Source of the DNA: Centroscyllium fabricii
Taxonomy: Eukaryota
Assembly: GCA_051313645.2 (NCBI GenBank)
Contig: JBNRSN020000003.1
Coordinates: 219,294,001 to 219,358,000, forward strand
Length of the DNA: 64,000 bases
Direction: 5' to 3'
The stretch's first letter is position 1; each line of letters starts with the position of its first letter. Below are positions 26,101 to 37,958 of the stretch, piece after piece. The notes under the pieces were generated by a model. That model was not told the origin of the DNA. It ran no database searches and was given only the letters and a program-made list of their open reading frames with translations. The position numbers and the translations under genes are program-made.

Positions 26101-27538
26101 AGGGGAACGTGTGCTAGTGCCCAGCTTGACCGGCTGAAGGCCCTCCACGATCGCCTCTGCCACCCGGGTGTCACCAGACTCGCCCACATCGTCAAATCCC
26201 GTAGCCTCCCCTACTCCATCACGGAGATAAAGGCTATGACCAAAGAGTGCCCTGTCTGTGCCGAGTGCAAACCCCAATTCTACAGGCCAGACACGGCGCA
26301 CGTCATCAAGGCCACCCGCCCCTTTGAACGCCTGAGCGTGGACTTCAAAGGCCCCCTCCCCTCCACTGACCGCAACTCGTATTTCCTTACGGTCATAGAC
26401 GAGTTCTCACGCTTCCCCTTTGCCTTCCCCTGCCCAGATATGATGAGCGCAACGGTGATCAAGCACTTCACCACGCTGTTCGCCATTTTTGGTCTCCCCA
26501 GCTACATCCATAGCGACCGGGGGTCGTCGTTCATGAGCGACGAACTGCGTCAGTTCCTGCTTCAGAAAGGGGTTGCCTCAAGCAGAACGACCAGTTACAA
26601 CCCCTGGGGCAACAGCCAGGTAGAAAGGGAGAACGGGACCATCTGGAAGGCGGTCAACCTGGGCTGAAGTCCAGAGGCCTTCCAGTCTCCCATTGGCAGG
26701 AGGTCCTCCCAGACGCGCTCCATGCCATCCGCTCTCTGTTGTTTACCGCCACAAACTCCACACCTCATAACCTGTTGTTTTCCTTCCCCAGGAAGTCGAC
26801 TTCGGAGACTGCACTCCCGCTGTGGCTCACAGCGCAGGGGCCAGTATTGCTTAGAAAGCACGTCCGCGGCCACAAGACCGACCCCCTGGTGGAACGGGTG
26901 CACCTGCTCCACGCCAACCCGCAATATGCTTACGTGGCATTCCCGGACGGGCACGAGGATACAGTCTCGATCAGGGACCTGGCGCCTGCCGGGAGCACTA
27001 GGGCAGAACCCCCGGTCAAGCCTCAGCCCGACCAGCCACCACCCACCGAATACTGGCCCCCATACACACACACACCGGCGCCCTCAACACCATCGATCAA
27101 CGACCCGCGATCGGACACCGCACCACTGGCACCGTTGGCGGAGAGCTCGATCCCGGCCCTGCAACCAGCACCACCATTGCCGGAACCCCGGCGGTCCCCC
27201 AGGCAGATAACGCAATGATAATTGCTAATGGACCTACAGAGATCTTTTCTTTCACCCGAAGGCACGTTCACCCCGCTGGACTTGTTTTTAAAGAAGGGGT
27301 GAATATGGTAATCGTGTATACCACTGTAAATAGTTGCTGGTTCACCTGTATTGTATTGTAGGCCAGGTTAGCCACACCCCTAACTCCTCCCTTCAGGTCG
27401 GAGCATATAGGTGAGGGCTGCCCTGCCCCCACTCATTCTTCACTTTGACCTCATCAGGAGACCAGCTCCGTTGTTAGTTAATAAGAGCCTGTATTTTAGG
27501 TAACTACTCGTCTTTGTGTATTAATTGACGATACGTCA
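23192..27538 (+). mobile_element. Gypsy copy E, two LTRs (23192-23429, 27304-27538), degenerate gag-pol
   Basis: Perfect 5-bp TSD AATAC, PPT AAGAAGGGGTGAA, gag start mutated to ATA (23455), PR LFDTGSTE, RT YLDN, IN. Small internal deletions and frameshifts. Confidence 0.96.
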
Positions 27539-27587
27539 AATACTTACCCTGATACAAACCTGTGCAAAAAATCGCAAGTTCACTGTG

Positions 27588-30500
27588 TGTGGTAACCCAT
27601 ATTATATATATTTACCACTGCATTATTGTTGCCAACAATTGGCTGTGTGTGATACACAGCCTGTAATACTGTCGTGGAGCCAGGTCAGCCACACCTCTAA
27701 CTCCTCCCCCAGGTGAGGCCTTTATAGGTGAGGACTGACCGAGGCTCCCTCATTCTGTTCTGATGTTCGTTCGGAGGGTAGCTCCAAAGTAAGTTATTAA
27801 AAGCCTATAGTTACGGTAACTACTCGTCCAGTCTTTTATTAAGAGATATTGACGATACGTCAGTTTTAATAACTTAAAAATTTTGAAATGGAGAGCGGTG
27901 CAGTAAAGCCAGAAAAGCTGGATATCAGTCCACAGGACCCAGCCGCCGCCACCACGTTCGAACACTGGTTCGGTCTCCTGGAGGCCTACATGGACGCCGC
28001 CAAGGCTACAACCGACGGGAACAAGTTGCAGGTTCTCCGGTCTAGGATCTCCAGCCGAGTATTCTCCCTCATCCGAGACGCCAAAACTACCCTGGGGCAG
28101 TGGAAAAGTTGAGGAAATGCTACGAGCGCCCGGTCCATTCGGTCTACGCCAGACATGTGCTCGCGACCAGACCACAACTACCGGGTGAGACCAATGAACA
28201 GTTTGAGCAAGCGCTCCAGGCCCTGGTACGGGTCTGTGGCTGCCAAGCCCGGACAGCAGAAGAGGAGGCGATCCTCCTCGTCCAAGACGCGTGTGTAACT
28301 GGCCTGGGATGCGTGGAAGCCCGCCAGCGGCTGCTCGAAAAAGACTTTGTCTCTTGAAGAGGCGGTCGCCATAGCTAACTCCGTTGAAGGAGCACGCAAT
28401 AAATTGCAGGCGTACAGCGGCACAAACCCGCAGGCCTACGACATGTGGGCCGCGTCACAACGGGCCCAGGCCTGGGCAGCACCACAATGGGTCGTGACCC
28501 CCACGATGGCTGCGACAGCCACAAAGGACAAACGCTGCTATTTCTGCAGCCAGGGACTGCACCCGCGAGCGAGATGCCCAGCAAGGACCGCGACCTGTGA
28601 GAGGTGCGGCAAAAAGGGACATTATGCAAAGGCTTGCAGATCAGCACCAGCAGCGCCCAACTCCAGGTACAACAGCGCAGCCTGTGAAAGCTCCGACAGA
28701 CCCCAGGTAAGCTGCAATAGCAGCGCGATCCAGCGACGGTCCAGGGGTAGAAGGAAAGCGCCCCCATCTCCCACCCCGATGCGGCAAAGGCCGGCCAAGC
28801 GCGACCCCCCAACGCCAGCAGCAGACCCAACGCGGCCGGCTGCGTGCGAATCACGGGCACCGCCAACCCGACCACCGCGGCTCGCTGCGTGCGAACCACG
28901 GGCACCGCCAACCCAGTCACCGCGGCCCGCTGCGTGCGAACCACGGGCGCCACCAGCGCGCTCACAGCGGTCAGCCGCGTGCGAACCATGGGCGCCGCCA
29001 TCTCGACTCCAGCGGCCCACCATGTGCGACCCCTCGGCGCCGCCATTTTGTCTCCAGGGCCCCACCATGTGCGAGCCAGGGGCGCCGCCATTTTGTCCCC
29101 AAGGCCCCACCATGTGCGAGCCAGGGGCGCCGCCATTTTGTGTACAGCCCCAACCAGCAGGGGGCCCCCACACACAAAAGTACACGTCGGCCTCAGCCAT
29201 ACCCAGAGTGGACCAGGACAGGCCACACACTCTGTCGAATTCGATAATGCCAATTAAAATAAACGGCCATATTATCGATTGCCTATTTGACACTGGAAGC
29301 ACGGAGAGCTTTGTGCACTCCGATACAGTGCAGCGCTGCGGACTGCAGATCCTGCCCACGAAGTACCAAGTCTCCCTTGCTTCAAAGTCCCACACCGCGG
29401 ACGTCACCGGCTACTGCTCCGTCACGCTCACAGTCAAGGGGTGCCTGTACTGTAATTTTAAATTGTACACCCTCCAGCAGTTGTGTGCCCCAGCCTTACT
29501 AGGTCTCGATTTCCAGTGCCACCTCAAGAGCGTGACAATGGAGTTCGGCGGGACCTTGCCCCCCCTCACCGTCAGTAGCCGGGACAGTCCCTTCCCAAAG
29601 CGGAGCCTGGCCTGCGGCCTCTCCACCCTGAAAATCGCCCCCCCCTCACTGTTCGCCAACCTCGACCCCAAGTGCAAACCTATTGCTACCAAGAGTCGGC
29701 GGTACAGTGTGGGGGATCGCACGTTTATCAGGTCGGAGGTCGGGCGTATGCTGAAGGAGGGGATAATTGAAGCCAGCACCAGCCCCTGGCGGGCCCAGGT
29801 AGTAGTGGTGAAGTCTGGCGAGAAACAGCGGCTGGTTATCGATTACAGCCAGACCATCAAGCGCTACACCGGGCTCGACGCCTACCCCCTCCCCCGCATC
29901 TCGTAAATGGTCAATCAGATCGGCCAATATAAGGTGTTCTCCACGATCGACCTTAAGTCGGCGTATCACCAACTCCCGATCCGGAAAGCCGACCGCCCCT
30001 ACACCGCCTTCGAGGCGAACGGTCGGCTCTACCACTTCCTCCGGGTCCCCTTCGGCGTGACCAACGGAGTGTCAGTGTTCCAACGGGAGATGGACCGCAT
30101 GGTTGACCAGAACGAGTTGCAGGCCACTTTCCCTTACCTGGACAAAGTGACCATCTGCGGCCACGACCAGCAGGACCACGATGCCAATCTGGCCAAATTC
30201 CTCGACACGGCGGATAAGCTGGACCTCACGTATAACAAAGACAAATGTGTCTTTAATACAGACCGGCTCGCCATCTTCGGATACGTGGTGGAGAACGGGG
30301 TCCTCGGCCCCGACCCACAGCGTATGCGACCCCTTCAAGAACTGCCCCTACCTCACAACCCCAAAGCCTTGAGGAGATGCCTAGGATTTTTCTCCTATTA
30401 CACACAATGGGTCCCACAGTTCGCGGACAAGGCTAGACCACTCCTCAAGGCTGCCGTTTCCCCCCTTTCGGTAGAAGCCCAAACGGCATTCGCCTGGATA

Positions 30501-32413
30501 AAGGAAGACATCATCAAGGCGACCATGCTCGCTGTTGACGAATCCATTCCCTTCCAGGTGGAGAGCGACGCTTCGGACTTTGCCCTTGCTGCCACCCTGA
30601 ATCAGGCATGCAGGCCCGTAGCGTTTTTCTCCCGCACCCTACAGGGACCCGAAACTCGCCACTCTGCAGTGGAAAAGGAGGCCCAGGCCATCGTGGAGGC
30701 CGTGCGCTACTGGCATCGTTACCTGGCCGGTAAGCGTTTTACCCTTCTCACCGACCAACGGTCGGTGGCGTTTATGTTTAATAATAAACAAAAGGGTAAG
30801 ATCAAGAATGATAAGATCCTGCGGTGGCGGATCGAACTCTCGACTTACGAGTACGACATTCTTTACCGACCAGGTAAACTCAATGAACCCCCGGACGCAC
30901 TGTCCAGGGGAACGTGCGCAATTGCCCAGCTAGACCGGCTGAAGGACCTCCATGACCACCTTTGCCACCCGGGTGTCACCAGACTCGCCCACTTCGCCAG
31001 ATCCCGTAGCCTCCCCTACTCCATCACGGAGATCAAGGCTATGACCCGAGAGTGCCCTGTTTGCGCCGAGTGCAAACCACAATTTTTCCGGCCAGACACG
31101 GTGCACCTCATCAAGGCCACCCGCCCCTTTGAACGTCTCAGCGTGGACTTCAAAGGCCCCCTCCCCACCACCGACCGCAACTCATACTTCCTCACGGTCG
31201 TAGATGAGTTCTCCCACTTCCCCTTCGCCTTCCCCTGCGCAGATATGACGAGCGCAATGGTGATAAAACACTTCACCACGCTGTTCGCCGTCTTCGGTCT
31301 CCCCAGCTACATCCATAGCGACCGGGGGGTCATCGTTCATGAGCGATGAACTGCGTCAGTTTCTGCTCCAGAAAGGGGTTGCCACGAGCAGAACGACCAG
31401 TTATAACCCCCGGGGGAATGGCCAGGTAGAAAGGGAGAATGGGATCATCTGGAAGGCGGTCACCCTGGCTCTGAAGTCCAGAGGCCTTCCAGTGGCTCAT
31501 TGGCAGGCAGTCCTCCCAGACGCGCTGCCTTCTATACGCTCTCTCCTGTGTACGGCCACTAACGCCACCCCTCATGACTTGATTTTTTTCTTTCGCAGGA
31601 AGTCGACTTCGGGGATAGCTCTTCCTCCATGGCTCACGACACCGGGGCCGGTCTTCCTTAGGAGACACGTCCGTGGCCACAAGACCGACCCCCTGGTGGA
31701 CAAGGTGCAGCTCCTGCATGCGAACCCGCAATACGCATATGTACAGTTCCCGGACGGGCGTGAGGACACCGTATCCATCAGGGACCTGGCGCCCGCAGGA
31801 AGCACCGCAGCAGAGCCCCTGGTCGGGCAGCAGCCCGCCCAGCCACAGTGCCCAGAACACCCCCTACACCTACGATGGCCTCCGAGGTTTCCAGAGCCCC
31901 AGCCGTGGCCAGCCCAAGACCACCACTCCGATAGCTCGGACCATCTGCGACCACCATCATCTGAAACCACGGCACCAGAGCCGCTGTCACCACCAACGGA
32001 CTCGAGCAGCACGGACCACGAAGAACCATCACCGGAACTCCGGCGGTCCTCCAGGCTGACACGACCGCCGGACAAACTGATATTGAACTGCTCGGTCCAT
32101 TCACCCCACCGGACTTAAAATTTTCAAGAAGGGGTGAATGTGGTAACCCATATTATGTATATTTACCACTGCATTATTGTTGCCAACAATTGGCTGTGTG
32201 TGATACACAGCCTGTAATACTGTCGTGGAGCCAGGTCAGCCACACCTCTAACTCCTCCCCCAGGTGAGGCCTTTATAGGTGAGGACTGACCGAGGCTCCC
32301 TCATTCTGTTCTGATGTTCGTTCGGAGGGTAGCTCCAAAGTAAGTTATTAAAAGCCTGTAGTTACGGTAACTACTCGTCCAGTCTTTTATTAAGAGATAT
32401 TGACGATACGTCA
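27588..32413 (+). mobile_element. Gypsy copy C, full length (4.83 kb), LTRs 27588-27862 and 32139-32413
   Basis: 275-bp LTRs differ at ~2 positions; TSD CTGTG/TTGTG has 1 mismatch. Gag from ATG 27888 runs in frame into PR-RT, with a premature TAA at 29904-29906 and frameshifts near 28090, 28345 and 31330. Confidence 0.96.
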
Positions 32414-32721
32414 TTGTGCAGCTCCTGCTGCGCAGTCCAATGCGCTGGGGCTCCTGACCCCTCCAGGACTTGCATTGGAAGTGCTGGTTCTGCGCGCATG
32501 CGCGGTGTACGCCTGCAACCAGCACTTCTGATGGCTGCACACGTGAGTACACCGTCCGTACTCACGCGTTGCGGCCCCAATTTCTGGGCCATTAAGAGAA
32601 ATTCAAGGAACACAGGATGGCTCTAGATGTGTGAACGGCTCTGGCAGAGAGAAGAAAAAGAAAAAAGCCCAGACAAAAGTGTCGATTGAAAAAAGAGAGA
32701 ATATATATATAAGGGCCGAGG

Positions 32722-34320
32722 TTATGATCTAAAATTGTTGAACTCTATGTTTAGTCCAGAGGGCTGTCGAGTGCCTAAGCGAAAGATGAGGTGCTGTTCC
32801 TCGAGTTTACACTGAGCTTCCATGGAACAATGCAACAGGCCACAAACAGTGAGGTCTGAATGGGAGTGGAGTGGAAAATTAAAGTGACCAGGTACCGGGA
32901 GCTCGGGGTCCCCCTTACGGACTGAACGGAGGTGTTCTGCAATGCGGTCACCCAATCTGCGTTTGGTCTCCCCAATGTAGAGGAGACCACATCATGAGCA
33001 GCGAATATAGTATACTAAATTGCAAGAAGTACACGTTAATCGCTGTTTCACCTGGAAAGGGTGTTTGGGGCCCTGGACAGTGGGAAGGGGGGGAGGTATA
33101 AGGGCATGTGTTGCATCTCCTGCGCTCGCACGGGAAGCTGCCGGGCAAAGGGGAAGTGGTGTTGGGGGTGGCAGAGGAGTGGACTAGGGTGTCGCGGAGG
33201 GAGCGCTCCCTACAGAATGCTGAAAGGGGAGGTGAGGGGAAGATGCGTTTGATGGTGGGATCACGCTGGAGGTGGCATAAATGGCGGAGGATGATCCGTT
33301 GAATGTGGAGGCTGGTGGGGTGATAGGTGAGGACAAGGGGAACTCTATCGTGGTTCCGGGAGGGAGGGGCAGGGGTGAGGGCATAAGTGCGGGAGATAGA
33401 ACGGACACGGTCAAGGGCCGTGTCAACCACAGTAGAGGGAATACCTCGGTTGAGGAAAAAGGAAGACATGTTGGAAGCACTGGTATGGAAGGTGGCATCT
33501 TCAGAGCAGATGCGGCAGAGACGGAGAAACTGGGAGAATGGAATAGAGTCCTTACAGGAGGCAGGGAGGGAGGAAGTGTAGTCCAGGTAGCTGTGGGAAT
33601 CAGTGGGCTTGTAGTGAATATTTGTCAATAACCTATCCCCAGAGATGGAGACGGAGAAGTCGAGGAAGGGAAGAGTCGGAGATGGACCATGTGAAGGTGA
33701 GGGAAGGGTGGAAATTGGAAGCAAAGTGAATGAAATTTCCTGGTTCAGGACGCGAGCAGGAGACGGCACTGATACATTCATCAATGTACCGGAAAAAGAG
33801 GTGTGGGAGGGGACCCGAGTAGGACTGGAACAAAAGGTGTTCCACATATCCCACAAAATGGTAAGCATAGCTAGGACCCATGTGGGTACCCATAGCAACA
33901 CCTTTGATTTGGAGGAAATGAGTGGAATCAAAGGAGAAGTTGTTCAAAGTGAGAACAAGTTCAGCCAGGCGGAGGAGGGTGGTGGTGGATGGGGACTGGT
34001 TAGGCCTCTGTTCAAGGAAGAAGTGGAGCGCCCTCAGGCCATCCTGGTGGGGGAAGGAGGTGTAGAGTGATTGTACATCCATAGTGAAAAGAAGGCGGTT
34101 GGGGCGGAGAAACTAGAAACTGTTAAAGTGGCGAAGGGCTTTGGAAGAGTCGTGGATGTAGGTGGGAAGAGACTGGACCAGGGGAGAAAAAACAGAATCG
34201 AGATAGGAAGAGATAAGTTCCGTGGGGCAAGAACAGGCTGAAATGATGGGTCTACCAGTGCAGTCCTGTTTGTGGATCTTGGGAAGGAGGTAGAAGCGGG
34301 CTATGCAGGGTTGGGGACTC
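32722..34320 (-). pseudogene. Penelope-like RT + GIY-YIG endonuclease, frameshifted and 5'-truncated
   Basis: ARFYLLPKIHK, MDVQSLYTS, QIKGVAMGTHMGPSYA, FRYIDE, YKPTDSHSYL, and the GIY-YIG C-terminal part RIAEHLRSV..HF..EEQHLIFRLGTRQPSGLNIEF. Confidence 0.93.
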
Positions 34321-34323
34321 AAT

Positions 34324-35382
34324 GGGGTAAATTTTCCTCGGGCCGTGAGGTGGATTTTCCGGCAGGGCGGGGTGCAAAATCGCAAAACTGGGTGTCCTGA
34401 CCCCCCGCCCCGCCGTTTCATTTTGTATTGGTGGGTTTCAAAGACTACACATATATGAAGGGGAATGTTGTTTAATCCAAAGTATATACAAGTAACTTAC
34501 AGCTTTAACATGAGGCTTTTACATGAGCTTTACAGAGTCTCCATCTTAGAGATCCAACACAAACTGAAACCAAAACTAACTCATACAGCACTGGCTTGTT
34601 GTCACATGACCTCTGCTGGCCAAGCATGGATAATCAAACAGGCAACTATGATCCTTGTACTAGCAAGGCACAGATAATCATTACACCCCCCCCCCGCTTG
34701 ATCCCCGCTGGTTTCCGATTTCCCACGGCCGTGTCTGTCCGCCCCGAATCTTTCACGCCCGCGACCGGCGTGAATGGTCGTTAGGCTCCTTAAGCACCCT
34801 TAATTGGCATGTGTAATGCCATTTTAAGGGGCCCTTGTGATTTTCAGGCGTTCCCCACCCATAACCCGACACTGGAAACCCCGCCGGTGAAACCTGGTGG
34901 GGACACACTCGGCTTGTTGACTATCAGCTGCAAGTCAAAGGATAACATGCAATCAGCTGTAGCAGTGAGAATATAGCTTTTTATAAACTCACCTTTTAGC
35001 TCTTTTTCATGTTTGACAGATAGCTCTGCAGCAGCTGTCAATGAATGGGCTCTGCAGCACTTCTCATTGAAACTGATCAGCAGCTGTCAATCAAAGGGCT
35101 CTCCAGCACTTCGCTTTGAAACTGACCAGCAACTGTCAATCAAAGGGCTCTCCAGCACTTCGCATTGAAATGGGGTTCTCGTCTTTAAGCAGCCGGCACC
35201 ATTCTGGCCCCGCCGACTTTCAGACTTGAAATAGTCAATGGGCAAGGGTTCTCACACGCGCTGAATCAATTGGCCAATTGAGCCAAAATTGCGTGGGGCT
35301 CCCAGGCCCTTTAGTCTTTGTGTGGGAAACCTGACCCACCGGAAACCCGCCAATTCCCCACACCCGAGGGAAAATTGACCCC
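34324..35382. mobile_element. MITE, Harbinger-like (family of 1648-2505)
   Basis: TIRs GGGGTAAATTTTCC / GGAAAATTGACCCC, TSD AAT, and internal ~49-bp tandem repeats at ~35030-35170. Confidence 0.82.
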
Positions 35383-35503
35383 AATGTCCCTTAATCTCCC
35401 CTGCCTTCTATCCTGTCGCTGACCTTCCCTTTGTTCTTTCAGCCCCTCCCCCTTTTCCCAGCCCCCACCAGCCTTCAAATCTATCTCCTCTCCTGGTTTC
35501 TCC

Positions 35504-35540
35504 AGTTCTGAAGAAAGGTCATCCACCTGAAACGTTAACT
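35504..35540 (+). ncRNA. Minimal type I hammerhead ribozyme motif in the Penelope pseudo-LTR
   Basis: AGTT-CTGAAGA-A-AGGT..ACCT-GAAA-CGTT-AACT: both core boxes, stems I and II, palindromic ACGT stem III. The partner on the - strand at ~22495-22532 has a mutated stem III. Confidence 0.7.
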
Positions 35541-35793
35541 CTGTTTCTCTCTCCACCGATGCTACCTGGCTTGCTGAGTCTTTCCACGTTTTCTGTTGTT
35601 AAATCTTAAGGCTTGTTGGATTTGGTGTAACTGGGGTTTTAACAGCGTATTGACTGCTAAACAAACATTATGGACCTGAAAAACGAATTTTAATTTTGTG
35701 GATTGTCAAATTTCTCTATTATGATAAAAATTACAATTTTAAAGAAACTTAAACAACATTTTTTTTTTTTTTTAGAAGTTTGTCATGATATTT

Positions 35794-36714
35794 CAAATGC
35801 AAAAAGTCACACAACACCAGGTTTAAAGTCCAACGTTTTATTTTAAATCACAAGCTTTCGGAGCGTCTGCCCCTTCGTCAGGCAAAGAGAAACTGAAGTC
35901 AAAGATCACACACATGGGGGAGGGGAGAAATTTGATCCCATACATCCAACCCTAGAGCACACAAGCATATTAGCATACCTTAACACCTCAGTCTGCGAAC
36001 AATGGGGCACAATTGCAAAACACAGTGTGATTTTTTTTCCCTTTTTTAAAGCAAAAAAGACACATCAAAAGGGTGCAGTCACAGGGCCTAACGCTAGTCT
36101 GCTGTAAATCCCACAGAATTACTTTTTTTATAAAAAAGCCGAAGATGGTTCGGGTCTGGACGACTCCACGCCAGGCGGGGTCACATGTAGCGTGACATAA
36201 ACCCAATATCACGGTTGAGGCCGTGCTCATGGGTGCGGAACTTGGCAATCAGCCTCTGCTCGACGATATTGGGTTTATGTCACGCTACATGTGACCCCGC
36301 CTGGCGTGGAGTCGTCCGGACCCGAACCATCTTCGGCTTTTTTATAAAAAAAGTAATTCTGTGGGATTTACAGCAGACTAGCGTTAGGCCCTGTGACTGC
36401 ACCCTTTTGATGTGTCTTTTTTGCTTTAAAAAAGGGAAAAAAAATCACACTGTGTTTTGCAATTGTGCCCCATTGTTCGCAGACTGAGGTGTTAAGGTAT
36501 GCTAATATGCTTGTGTGCTCTAGGGTTGGATGTATGGGATCAAATTTCTCCCCTCCCCCATGTGTGTGATCTTTGACTTCAGTTTCTCTTTGCCTGACGA
36601 AGGGGCAGACGCTCCGAAAGCTTGTGATTTAAAATAAAACGTTGGACTTTAAACCTGGTGTTGTGTGACTTTTTGCATTTGTCCACCCCAGTCCAACACC
36701 AGCACCTCCGCATT
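35794..36714 (-). mobile_element. Short Penelope-like insertion forming a 417-bp inverted repeat (arms 35794-36210, 36265-36681)
   Basis: The 54-bp spacer plus arm read VEQRLIAKFRTHEHGLNRDIGFMSRYM* on the - strand (PLE GIY-YIG C-terminus). Flanking direct repeat ATGATATTTCAA at 35785-35796 and 36715-36726. Confidence 0.88.
36590..36627 (+). ncRNA. Minimal hammerhead ribozyme motif (mirror copy on the - strand at 35848-35885)
   Basis: TTGC-CTGACGA-A-GGGGC-AGAC-GCTCC-GAAA-GCTT-GTGA with the AAGCTT palindrome. Confidence 0.65.
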
Positions 36715-37329
36715 ATGATATTTCAAGTTCTACATGTCAGAGCGCCAATCTTTGTTTTGCTGTCTGCAACATTTTTAAAAAGTCGAGATAAAAGCAGGTT
36801 CTCATTTCCTGTTTCCCTATCTTTGGGAATTCTGCAATGTGATTGGCTGCTTAGATAACTTGTTGACGTCACAGCAGATAGTGCTAGGGATTCCCCACTA
36901 TACCGTACTGAACTCAAATATGCATCGAAAAAGGCAAACTTCTCGTGACCTCTGTGGGCAGCTTTCTTCGAGGCCAATGCTGAAACGCCTTTGCTTTGCC
37001 ACATGACTGAAAATTTCAGGTCATTATTTTGTTCACTATTCTGTTGAATTCAGTTTTGTACATTACGGTAGTTTCAAGAAGATAATGCAACCTGGTTTCA
37101 AATTTGTTTCTAAGAAATGAAAGGGATGTCTGCTAACTTGTGGCATTTAGACATACCTGTAATAAGCTATTTTCCCTTTGATTTTTTTTCTCTCTCTTTG
37201 AAGTTTGTAGCTTATGCTAATTAGCACTAAGCAGTGCCTCACTGATGATTCAGTGGGTGAACATATCGCATGGTGTGGCACTGAGCTATACAAACCAAGA
37301 TGTCATAAGTTTGATCTTTGGTCAATATT

Positions 37330-37958
37330 GGCCCAGATTTTGCACTAAATATAGTGGTGAGGCTATCAGCGACCACCGTCATTAAAGCGCAAATTGGACA
37401 GCAACTTCCAGTAGCCGCCAATACGCAGTTAAACGTGGAAATCAGGAAGTTGCTATCTGAGTTGACCTGCCCCTCCAGAAGCTTTGCTAGAACAGTATCT
37501 TGCCGAGAGACTTGGCAATCAAACACATGGAAGTGTGTGAAGTTGGGGTACTTAGCCACCAGTTACCCACTAAACACACCAGAAAAGTTTAGGGCTTCTC
37601 TATTCAAGTGTACGTGATTTTTAACGGCATGTTAAGTCTTAATTACTGCCAAGCAACCCTGAAAATTAACCTTTACAAGTGTGAAGTCTCATTCCTTCAG
37701 ATTTTAATTATTTCACTTTCTGTACATGATTTTGCATTGAATTAATTATTCTAACTTACACTTCTTGGTTCAGACGCTTCGTGGCTCAGTAATGATTCTT
37801 CAATCTGATTGGTTAAGAAGATACACAGTTGCTGTACTGAAATGGACTTCTAATCACCGCAAGTTCCAGTCCAAAAGCCCATAGAAAGTCTATGGGCAAG
37901 TGTAAGTGTAATAAATGGCTTGTGCTGTTTGTTCACCGCTGACCGCAAAATCAAAGCT
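37330..37958. mobile_element. Old MITE
   Basis: Degenerate TIRs GGCCCAGATTTTGC / GCAAAATCAAAGCT with TSD ATT. Confidence 0.55.

Larger units (their letters stand above)
22646..32590. mobile_element. MITE (~0.76 kb when restored) split by Gypsy copies E and C
   Basis: Perfect 12-bp TIRs GGCCCAGAAATT / AATTTCTGGGCC with TSD ATT (22643-22645, 32591-32593). Confidence 0.82.
22402..35600 (-). mobile_element. Penelope-like element with inverted pseudo-LTR, expanded to 13.2 kb by nested insertions
   Basis: 22423-22645 and 35383-35600 are inverted homologues. The flanking direct repeat TTAAATCTTAAG(C/G)CTT occurs at 22386-22401 and 35599-35614. Coding part at 32722-34320. Confidence 0.85.

Noticed and set aside
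29904-29906. In-frame TAA as programmed read-through between gag-PR and RT
   Set aside because: It lies inside RT, and other copies have Asp/Glu there (RISDMVNQ, RISEMVNQ), so it is a nonsense mutation. Stops after gag in B1 and E are at different positions and absent in C.
34424-34685. Possible solo LTR (TGTA...TACA) inside the MITE
   Set aside because: No TSD and no second copy in the window. It is probably an insertion, but I cannot classify it.
35988-36487. Pair of near-identical 86/90-aa ORFs as a duplicated gene
   Set aside because: They are a by-product of the inverted repeat in the PLE 3' UTR.
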